A DNA stretch of 64,000 nt from Elusimicrobiota bacterium. Lineage in GTDB: Bacteria > Elusimicrobiota > Elusimicrobia > F11. Location of the stretch: positions 1-64,000 of the forward strand of contig JBJXGI010000034.1 of the NCBI GenBank assembly GCA_046153645.1. The letters are read 5' to 3'. The notes below the pieces were generated by a model. It saw nothing but the letters and a program-made list of their open reading frames with translations. It was not told the DNA's origin and did no database searches. Below are positions 26,201-33,746 of the stretch, piece after piece; the first letter of the stretch is position 1, and each line of letters opens with the position of its first letter. Both the position numbers and the translations under genes were made by a program.

Positions 26201-29200
26201 ACGAGAAACATGGTGCGCAATACCCGGGACAAGTGGATGTTGAACGCTCACAGCGTTCACGTCATCGTCGTTGTCGAAGGAGAAATCGTTTTCAAAATCC
26301 GCGACAAGGATACTGCCGGCGGTGACGACCAAGTGGATGGGGCCGTCGGACACACAGAAGTAAAGGAGGATGGAGAACCTGAAATGCTGGAGGAGACGGC
26401 TTTTCGTGTCCTCGGGGAAGAATTTTTTAGAATGACTGCTGATCAATTGAAAGAAACCAAGGGAAAGTTTTTGCGCGAAGCTCAGAAAAACGGAGACCTT
26501 CAGCTCGTTCGCGTCGGAAAGCCGGGCATGTTCGCCAATATCAGAAAATTGGTGATTCGACCGGATGGTTCAATCTTCACGGTTCCCCTTGGTCACGAAG
26601 ATGATGAGGACTGGTCCAGCCAAGGCAGCGTCGTGGAGGTTCCTTTCGAGACCGCTGATCTTTGTTTGGCGGTGATGCCGCGTAAGTTGGCGGAGGCGGG
26701 CGGATCCTTTCGCCAGAAAACCTTCGACGAATGGTTGGAAGAATTTCGATCAGGCCAGATTGTTCTTGGTCCATCCGCCAAGAATCTTTTCGGTCTCGCC
26801 AAGACGCTGGATCCGGCCCTGCCAAATGTCGTTCGGACGAAGCTCATGAAGTTGACGGAGACATCAGGTGATGTCGACTTCAGCTTCTCTCTCGGCGGCT
26901 CTAATGAATTTACCGTCGAAACGCATTCGCGTTTGCACAGCGAAGGAAAGTTCTCCGAGGTTCTTCAACTCATCGGCAACGAGCTTGGGCTCAAAGCCGA
27001 CGGCCGTGGATATTTCAACTTTCGTGAGTGCGTTAAACAGCGTGGTTTCAGTGGTTTCATTCGAAACGGGCGCACGACGCTGGAATTGTTACCGGACGGA
27101 ACGCTCGTTATTATCGATCCGCGCTTCGGCGATGACCACGTGTCGCGCGGCGACCGAACCATTTTTACCCGCACACGGGTCAAGGCCCAGCATAAAATTT
27201 CGGAAGCGAGATCTTGGGCTGCATTCGCCATTGAACAAGGCCTCGCTAAGAGCGCTTCGGAACCGTGGGCGTCAAAATTGTACGCCTGGATAAGAGGCAT
27301 TTCAGTTAAAGATTGGGATCGCCGTTTGGAGTTTCGTGTGTTGCCGCGGCGCTATAACCTTGTTCGAGAGAAGTACCGTGAGTTTCACGAAAGAGCTCTT
27401 CGAGAAGAACAGAATGCCTTCGAGAAACTCTATAACCGTGTTTTGAAATCGGTTCGCCACCTGCAGGGCAAGTTGGGCAAACAAAAGGTCCACATTTTCG
27501 TCGACCAATCCACGGTCCTCTCGATTCTCGACTTGATTTTCTCGGAGAACATTTCATGGAGAAAGGCCGTCGGTGCTTGGTTGCGTGACGTTCGCCGGCG
27601 GTGGTGGGAGTTGAAGCGTTTTCCCGGCGCCGAGAATTCCCCCAATGCCTCTCCGGCCAAGAATGGCCACGGTTTCAATGATCCCGTCGTTTTCTCGAGC
27701 GAAAGTGGTCTCGCTCAGTCGCAAGTAGGCGAAGACCCTGCCGATGCGCGAGCGCATCAGGTGGCCGTCGAGGTGAACAAAAAACTTCGAGGACGTGTTT
27801 TAAGCAGGGTAAGCAGGGCCTACGCGAATAGTGATTTGCGTCAGCTGCCGCACTTTAACCTCGACGGCAAGAGAACGTCGTTCGAGATCACCGATCATTC
27901 GCCAAATGAATTGCCGACGCTTTGTCGAATCGGCGACCGTATTTTCATCTTCCTGCCCAAACATAAATTTGTGGATATTGGAAAGGTCGTGCACCTGTTC
28001 GATAAAAGCGGTCTTATTTTCTTCGCGCTGCCCGCTGATCTCGCTGGTTTTTTGCGCCACAGGAAAAATCCCGAGGAGTGGGACACGGAAACGATTGGAC
28101 AGGAGATCGATGACATAAAGAAAATATTGGGCGACATCTACGTCCAAAACCAAGCAAACATCATTTTCACGAACGCCGATCCCTACGACCGGAGGATATT
28201 TTCCGGAACGGAATATCTTAGTCACCTTCTTGACCACCAGCAGGATTCGGCGGACGCGATAAAGGAGAAGGAGTTGGAAGTTCCATCGACGCCCTCAATT
28301 CCCGAGTTGCCGGCTGAGATGGTGGTGAATGCCGCGCCGATGGACGCGACAAAGGGGTTGGAAGATTTACCCGACGCCCGCGAGTCTCTTGCCTACCTCG
28401 ACCTCCTAGTAAATAAGCCGGGTTTTTCAGCAAAGGTACCGCTTATGCCGAAGCCATCAATTCCCAAGCCGCCGGTCGAGGAGATGTCGGTTACCGCTTT
28501 TGGTGGATACTATTTCTCCTTGCCTTCCCATAAACCGACAGCCGAGGCCTTGCGCGCTTTTCTCCGTCAAATCAAGTTTGAAAACCATGGCGAAATATTC
28601 GAATTCTTGATGGGTGGCAAACCGCGACTTCTATCTGACCTGGTGAAACTGTTGGGGTTGTCCAATGAAGAGACCATCCTTGATCTCGCTGCGGAGGGTT
28701 TTTTCCTTATAGATCGCCAATGGCGTGTGCAAATGGCCGGCGAAACGTTGACATCAACTCGAGGTGTGGACGGCCGGGAGGTTTTCTTGTTTGCGAAGAA
28801 GCACTCGTTCGTAAGGACGCAGCCCGGAGCGGCGGGGTTCTGGAAGACGTGGTTTGGCTGGACGAATCTTTATTGGATCGGCGTGGTAGAAGGAATTATT
28901 TTACAAGCTGGATTTATTCGATACGTCGCTGTGTCGTGGGCGCAGGCGCCGCCGATTCCGCTTTTACTGGAAGCTTGGTTGTTCCTTTTCATCTCCGTCT
29001 ATCTGATTCATTTTTTTACGGGCGTGATTCGCGCCGATGGTGAGGTTATCCACTACGATCCTTATCTCTCCTTCCAGGCCACGCTTACCGCGCAGTGGAG
29101 TTTTGTTCCGATTCTCGGTCCGTTTTTGCATGGATGGGCGAATACGCGGGCTGCGGCACGCCAAGCCGATAAGTCTGATGATATCACCGCTTTTGTCGAC

Positions 29201-30118
29201 CGAAATTTCGTTTTGAGCCCGGCGGATCGCCGGCGTGTTGATGAGATTGTAGCTGACATCGGGCCTTTGCAGCGCGACTTCTCGCGCGGGTTTGACCCCA
29301 ACGATATCGACATGGTCATGATTGGCCGACGGTTCGTGGCGCAGTTGGAAGTGATGAGAGAAGAACATGCGGAGAACGGACACTCCGGCAGGCTCAAGGC
29401 CATGGCGCGTAATGCCGCTTATCTCGCCGGGCGACTGGGGACGGGTTTCTCAATGGTGTGGGAGAGGATGGAGGAGACTTACGGCACCAACCAACCAGTT
29501 TTGTCTTTGGTTATGCGTTGGGCATACTTGAGTGGCCGACTCGGACAACGGCGACGGAATTTCGAGATGTTGTTGAATCATGGCGCGAATTTTTTACTCC
29601 GCTTGGCGCGCTTACGAAAGCCCGATGCGAAAATCGCTCATGCCGATGATATTTTGCGTGGCGCCGAGAACGATCCGGACATTGAAGCATCGCTGTCGTT
29701 CATTTTGAACATGGCCATCAAAGGCAAGCGGCCGAGTGGACTGATTATTCGTAGCATTCTTGGAGAGAACCCAGACTTGTTGAAAGGAGCGCTAAAGAAG
29801 CGCCTGATCGATTTCGCTGAAGGCCACGACAAGGCAGATGTGATGCGCCGATATCTGGATGATCAATCAGGTTTGGGCGTCATCGTCGTCTTGCCGATGG
29901 ACATCATTCGCGTGGAAGACGTGGTGAAAGCGGCACGGCAAGATCCGCGGTGGACGCATGGCTCCCATCCGCGGTTGTCCATTTATTCCACCATGCCAGA
30001 GCAATTCGACATGGTCAGTCGAATTACCGGTATCGTCTACGCTATATTGGCTGGTTCCAAGGTGATCCCCGTGTCGATATTGGTAGAAGGCGCGAGAGTT
30101 ATTGGGAAGCAGGCGTAG
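23297..30118 (+). CDS. Giant modular membrane protein 3 (GC-rich): signal peptide, EreA/ChaN/TIKI-like domain, degenerate CPBP-like module, NUDIX-like and unknown cargo, second CPBP-like module, C-terminal domain
   Basis: 2273-aa ORF. IQDVH/LEG/GGFH/REKTPLEKIF are shared with the two paralogs. Hydrophobic blocks end in HYGRN and HGWAN. HSVHV...GAVGH...ETAFRVLGEE is NUDIX-like. Confidence 0.8.
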   Translation: MKNLNSQPSLFHRLCASFLVVVLFLSGTVFAHNLETNIWEDRRRKTSAASQLASLPQVRIFDSTLRHFQRSSPSLRLPVGLNDRSLIADLQKNGVIRDVKNGSGPFTVIYIQDVHGHAEAQRNIAGMILSVLARHPKATIGLEGASGPISLHAFRVSTPEINKQIGSFLLNTAIITGAEYAGFAAALTPRMIGIEDAPLYVENVEALRSALAGQASALDQKNADDRQLSERKRQEYSVALISLNAQREAYENGQEGLGTYLAALSRVQPGAVASFKNIDLFLKTWTLESTLDFDRAERERKEFFLHLVPALTKEQLDNLSARGLALRTGDLRYPDFYAFLKTLAAQSGLSLSSTPTFDRYVNYTLQADSIRAETLFSEIPVFEDRVWRALCTNSRQREIYEASVAAGLTGKLLKLKLTAEEWEQAKKRASTELQAFPSFAAFYRAAEARNAALASRFETVRVESPEKVSVVLAGGFHSAGLTALIARDATVITVSPKLSTENRSFDNEYLNVFTREKTPLEKIFEAPKISIVMTLATKSIRNTAGQILNGMSLVLVTLIDPLAEALGKLSAQTVASSARGPIYVSVTTNGGRMESDPKSPPLLEGVVTGEVKARVWATTEGKKLTKEQIMGRVWGTEYWHSLPTLTSAWAVAVFTRISGFSLTTQLLAALVAGLIGLIWAVRKIRDQHRVTHNVEGLRQVTPILIFYGIVSLVVFLAAYAATFNVTWLDPKIAILLAVGAGFLVYQGLHYGRNLKAINDSSIAPLATTGVHFIDVRNLRFGDVPAQAIENAFARPEALGGPQRRLLSEKWVGHDRVLTLYEVTEEGGRPAPYFRKEGKVDRPEAYQVFHMRRPEQHPFLPRELTEIFFGKALYDHVKRANLVGVLNNLIGRIRENRFLMISTDNDLQLLRLLAVIQHSVAFRWDEILRRKQGAVEDQTVPVKFPVGYDSDGNLVMKWLRDEDDRIMPLTRNMVRNTRDKWMLNAHSVHVIVVVEGEIVFKIRDKDTAGGDDQVDGAVGHTEVKEDGEPEMLEETAFRVLGEEFFRMTADQLKETKGKFLREAQKNGDLQLVRVGKPGMFANIRKLVIRPDGSIFTVPLGHEDDEDWSSQGSVVEVPFETADLCLAVMPRKLAEAGGSFRQKTFDEWLEEFRSGQIVLGPSAKNLFGLAKTLDPALPNVVRTKLMKLTETSGDVDFSFSLGGSNEFTVETHSRLHSEGKFSEVLQLIGNELGLKADGRGYFNFRECVKQRGFSGFIRNGRTTLELLPDGTLVIIDPRFGDDHVSRGDRTIFTRTRVKAQHKISEARSWAAFAIEQGLAKSASEPWASKLYAWIRGISVKDWDRRLEFRVLPRRYNLVREKYREFHERALREEQNAFEKLYNRVLKSVRHLQGKLGKQKVHIFVDQSTVLSILDLIFSENISWRKAVGAWLRDVRRRWWELKRFPGAENSPNASPAKNGHGFNDPVVFSSESGLAQSQVGEDPADARAHQVAVEVNKKLRGRVLSRVSRAYANSDLRQLPHFNLDGKRTSFEITDHSPNELPTLCRIGDRIFIFLPKHKFVDIGKVVHLFDKSGLIFFALPADLAGFLRHRKNPEEWDTETIGQEIDDIKKILGDIYVQNQANIIFTNADPYDRRIFSGTEYLSHLLDHQQDSADAIKEKELEVPSTPSIPELPAEMVVNAAPMDATKGLEDLPDARESLAYLDLLVNKPGFSAKVPLMPKPSIPKPPVEEMSVTAFGGYYFSLPSHKPTAEALRAFLRQIKFENHGEIFEFLMGGKPRLLSDLVKLLGLSNEETILDLAAEGFFLIDRQWRVQMAGETLTSTRGVDGREVFLFAKKHSFVRTQPGAAGFWKTWFGWTNLYWIGVVEGIILQAGFIRYVAVSWAQAPPIPLLLEAWLFLFISVYLIHFFTGVIRADGEVIHYDPYLSFQATLTAQWSFVPILGPFLHGWANTRAAARQADKSDDITAFVDRNFVLSPADRRRVDEIVADIGPLQRDFSRGFDPNDIDMVMIGRRFVAQLEVMREEHAENGHSGRLKAMARNAAYLAGRLGTGFSMVWERMEETYGTNQPVLSLVMRWAYLSGRLGQRRRNFEMLLNHGANFLLRLARLRKPDAKIAHADDILRGAENDPDIEASLSFILNMAIKGKRPSGLIIRSILGENPDLLKGALKKRLIDFAEGHDKADVMRRYLDDQSGLGVIVVLPMDIIRVEDVVKAARQDPRWTHGSHPRLSIYSTMPEQFDMVSRITGIVYAILAGSKVIPVSILVEGARVIGKQA

Positions 30119-31304
30119 TGTAATTTTGTCCAATGACCACTTCTACATCGACTAGTTTTTTGGGATTTGGTTCAGAATGATAGTTTTCAACTCCGAGTGT
30201 TCCTGCCACCACTTGAGCATTTGAAATAAGTCCAATACGATCGATGATGCGTGTCTGGATCTGATCAGTCGGCGCATTGGCCCAGTCTATGACGTCATAT
30301 CCTGCTTTTCGGAGATAAGTTGTTATTTTATACCCCATTCCGGTTTTTCCAGAAGCGTTCCAAACCTTGATTGTAATTCGATCGGCTTGTGGAGCAATAG
30401 GCTCCATTAAATCTTGTTGAAAGATTGTTTTTCCAGAAATAAGACTAGATAAAAGTTGAGTGGATTCTTCTTTCATTTTCCAATAAGGGCCAGAAGGCGC
30501 TCCAGGGAGAATATAAAAGCCGATATCGTGAGATCGAATTCTCCTGGTTTGAGAGGCGAAATAAATAAAATCCCAAAATCCCATATTTGTTTTTATTCCA
30601 CTTATAATGGCCATCACAATTTCGGGAATTCTCAAGATCATATAAGGATTGGCCAATCTTTTGGTCATATTACGCACAAACTCTTGCTGACGGTAAATTC
30701 GCCCGCGATCTCCTGTATGACCTCTGAAACGAACATATAAAAGCGCGTCATTGCCTTTCATCAAGTAACGGCCGGGTTCTTTGTGAAAATGATAGTTCCC
30801 GGCATTATCATCATAATGCATGGGGTGTTTTACTTGAACCCATATCCCTCCTAACAAGTCGACAACTTTTTTAAAACCAGAAAAATCGACTTGAAGATAA
30901 TAAGGCAAATGAATTTGGTCATTCGGTGCCGCTAATATTTTTTCTAAACTTTCGTTCACCATTCGCGCTGAAGCATGGGAATCTTTTGTTTTTCGAAACT
31001 GGTACCCGTAAATTTCATTTACCCTTCTAAATTTATATCCAGGAAGATCAATTCGAGTATCTCTGGGAACAGAGAGCACGTTGAGATAATTATTAACGGG
31101 ATCAAGCACGCTAATCATGAGTGTATCGGTGTGTCTAGAAAAATCAGCGGCATCAATGCCAAATAACACGACAGGAACCCGTTCTCCTTTATTGAGTCTT
31201 TGTGCGACAGACGATTGATGGGCGCCGAGAATGCTAATAGCAATAAGGATCAGAGAAAGTAATCCAAAAAGTCTTTGTGCTCTTAAATGTTTAGTTTGAT
31301 TCAT
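30099..31304 (-). CDS. LCP (LytR-CpsA-Psr) family protein with LytR_C domain
   Basis: HTDTLM, SVPRDT, VDFSGF, ALLYVRFR, DRGRIYRQQ. C-terminal VWNASG...VVIGQN. Confidence 0.92.
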   Translation of the reverse strand: MNQTKHLRAQRLFGLLSLILIAISILGAHQSSVAQRLNKGERVPVVLFGIDAADFSRHTDTLMISVLDPVNNYLNVLSVPRDTRIDLPGYKFRRVNEIYGYQFRKTKDSHASARMVNESLEKILAAPNDQIHLPYYLQVDFSGFKKVVDLLGGIWVQVKHPMHYDDNAGNYHFHKEPGRYLMKGNDALLYVRFRGHTGDRGRIYRQQEFVRNMTKRLANPYMILRIPEIVMAIISGIKTNMGFWDFIYFASQTRRIRSHDIGFYILPGAPSGPYWKMKEESTQLLSSLISGKTIFQQDLMEPIAPQADRITIKVWNASGKTGMGYKITTYLRKAGYDVIDWANAPTDQIQTRIIDRIGLISNAQVVAGTLGVENYHSEPNPKKLVDVEVVIGQNYTTPASQ

Positions 31305-31315
31305 TGATTGGTATT

Positions 31316-31891
31316 TTAGCTATTTTTACAAATAACTTTATTCCAGACTTCCATGACGAGTGGATGAATGGGTTTTGTTTTTATGAGTTGATAGGTCATT
31401 TTATAGGCGAAAGCTTGCCTGAACCCGCATTCTAAATCTTTCATTGCCATTTTTCTGACTTCTTTGGCTTCTTTATATTTCCTGTCGGGAGAAGAAAAAT
31501 CGGCGATATAAATAATTTTGTCTTCCAATTCCATGGTTAAATCTCCAAGAGTATGAGAAGCAATTGCATGAAGGGCTTTTTTATTCGTTATCCATTTGTT
31601 TTTTAGTGCAATATCCGCCGAAACATAAGCATGTAAGATATTGGGGGAAACTCGGAGAATAAAATCTAAATTTGGGATCTTTAATTTATTATTTTTACAG
31701 TACATCCCGAGTTCTTTGGGATTCCATTCCTTGGCCCAATCATGAAGTAATCCACTTAACCGAGCAAGTTTGGGATCCCATCCATGCCGTTTACCTAATT
31801 TTTTGGCCAGTTTTCCAACAGCAACCGAATGTTTAAACCTGGCTGGTGATTGAAGGGTCTTAAGTTGTTCTTTAAGTTTTTTGTATGTCAT
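31316..31891 (-). CDS. yqeK: HD-domain Ap4A hydrolase YqeK
   Basis: RFKHS, LLHDWAKE, LHA, HTLG, IYIADF. Lies downstream of nadD. Confidence 0.88.
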   Translation of the reverse strand: MTYKKLKEQLKTLQSPARFKHSVAVGKLAKKLGKRHGWDPKLARLSGLLHDWAKEWNPKELGMYCKNNKLKIPNLDFILRVSPNILHAYVSADIALKNKWITNKKALHAIASHTLGDLTMELEDKIIYIADFSSPDRKYKEAKEVRKMAMKDLECGFRQAFAYKMTYQLIKTKPIHPLVMEVWNKVICKNS

Positions 31892-32475
31892 AAGTAAATT
31901 CCTGTTTTATTGATCATTTGTTCAACTTTTTTAGGAACAAATGAATGAATAGATTCCCTGTTTTTTATTCGGCCCCTAATCTCAGTGGAAGATATAAGTG
32001 GGAACGTTCCTTTTAGGAAGAGAACTTTTCCGTGATTGTTATTCCGGTTCACCACGTTTTTGAGCGATGACTTGTTTGGGCGTTTTCCAACAATAATATG
32101 GCATAGAGATAATATTTTTTGAGGATTTTTCCATTTGTAGAAATTCTTGTAACCATCTGATCCCATAATAAAAAAGATGTCATGTGTTGGATGTTTTTTC
32201 TTATATTCAGATAAAGTTTTTACCGTGTAAGAGGGGCCTTTTCTTTTTAATTCCCAACGCGCTATTTTGAAATGAGGTTTATTGGTAAGAGCAGAAACCA
32301 ATAATTTTTCTCTGATACGAGGGGAAGAAAGAGAACCTTTAGATTTAAATGGTGATTGAGGTGAAAGAAGGAAATAAACGGTATGAAGTTTAAACTGTTT
32401 TTTTGCCGCCAGAGCCAGTTTTAGGTGGCCATTATGGAAAGGGTCAAATGATCCCCCTAAAATTCCTATTCTCAC
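31888..32475 (-). CDS. nadD: Nicotinate-nucleotide adenylyltransferase
   Basis: GGSFDPFHNGH, SYT, MGSD, ISSTEIR. Confidence 0.93.
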   Translation of the reverse strand: MRIGILGGSFDPFHNGHLKLALAAKKQFKLHTVYFLLSPQSPFKSKGSLSSPRIREKLLVSALTNKPHFKIARWELKRKGPSYTVKTLSEYKKKHPTHDIFFIMGSDGYKNFYKWKNPQKILSLCHIIVGKRPNKSSLKNVVNRNNNHGKVLFLKGTFPLISSTEIRGRIKNRESIHSFVPKKVEQMINKTGIYL

Positions 32476-33737
32476 TCCCTAATTTGACCAGTTCCTTCGA
32501 CAATGTACTTGGTGGTGGTGAGTTCTCGAAGGCCCATGGTTCCTCTTGCATGTAGTTTCTGAGTGGAAATTCCAATTTCAGATCCAAATCCAAAAACGCT
32601 GCCATCGTGTAGACGAGTTGATGTGTTATGCATAACACAAGAAGAGTCCACCGCTTTTTGAAAAAAAGTAGCCGCTTTTTTATCTTCCGTAACGATACTA
32701 TCGGTATGCCTTGAACCAAATTTGTTGATGTGTTCAATGGCCTCTTCTAAACTGTCGACTATTTTAATGGCCACAATTTTATCGTGAAATTCTTTACCCC
32801 AATCAGAATCGGTCGCTTCTTTGGCTTGTGAAATAAAACCGCGAACACGGTCATCACCACGCATTTCAATTCCCGCTTTAATATAAGCGCCAGCAATCTT
32901 CGGTAAAATATCCATCATCATGTATTCATGAACCAGAAGCGTTTCCATCGCATTACAAACACCTGGTCTTTGTGCCTTAGAATTAAAAGCAATATTGATG
33001 GCTTTCTCCATGTCGGCTTCTTTGTCGATATAAACATGACAAACGCCTTTTCCATGTCCCAAAACAGGGACAGTGGCATTGGCTGAAATATCTAAAATCA
33101 TTTTTTCTGAACCGCGCGCGATAATTAAATCAACCAATCCATTCAGTCGGGACAGCACTCGAATGCTTTCTCGTTTTTCTGGCGGTAAAAATTGAACGGC
33201 GTTTTCAGGCAGGCCAGTTGATTGAAGGGCTTTAGAAATAATATCCACTAAAATTTTGTTGGAGTGGCTGGCTTCGCGCCCACCTCGCAAAATAACGGCA
33301 TTTCCTGACTTTAAACAAAGCCCCGCCGCTTCCGCCGTCACATTTGGGCGAGATTCATAAATCATTCCGATCACTCCAAGGGGGACTCGTGTTTGTTTGA
33401 TGTTCATTCCATTGGAGGGAGACCATTCTCTGAGTATTTCACCAACTGGATCTGGTAATTGAGCCATTTCTTTAAGTCCTTGAGCTATGGCTTCAACGCG
33501 GTTTTCATTTAAGGTGAGACGATCGATAAGAGCTGAATTTAACTTTAATTCTAAGGCTTGTTTGGTATCAATATTATTTTGTTCGAGGATGGCTTTTTTA
33601 TTGGCCAAAATACCACTGGCCATGGCTTCGAGTGCTTTGTTTTTTGTGGCTGTATCGATAAGCGACAAAGTAAAAAAAGCGACCTTCGCTTTTTGAGCTA
33701 TCAATTGAATTTCAGATTCGAGAGTGTTGGTTTCCAT
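32472..33737 (-). CDS. proA: Gamma-glutamyl phosphate reductase
   Basis: PLGVIGMIYESRPNVT, PGVCNAMETLLVH, EIGISTQKLHARG. Confidence 0.95.
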   Translation of the reverse strand: METNTLESEIQLIAQKAKVAFFTLSLIDTATKNKALEAMASGILANKKAILEQNNIDTKQALELKLNSALIDRLTLNENRVEAIAQGLKEMAQLPDPVGEILREWSPSNGMNIKQTRVPLGVIGMIYESRPNVTAEAAGLCLKSGNAVILRGGREASHSNKILVDIISKALQSTGLPENAVQFLPPEKRESIRVLSRLNGLVDLIIARGSEKMILDISANATVPVLGHGKGVCHVYIDKEADMEKAINIAFNSKAQRPGVCNAMETLLVHEYMMMDILPKIAGAYIKAGIEMRGDDRVRGFISQAKEATDSDWGKEFHDKIVAIKIVDSLEEAIEHINKFGSRHTDSIVTEDKKAATFFQKAVDSSCVMHNTSTRLHDGSVFGFGSEIGISTQKLHARGTMGLRELTTTKYIVEGTGQIRE

Positions 33738-33746
33738 TTCTTTTTT

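Noticed and set aside
23283..30133. Many 60-208 aa alternative-frame and antisense ORFs inside giant gene 3
   Set aside because: Expected shadow ORFs of a GC-rich coding region. No recognisable motifs.
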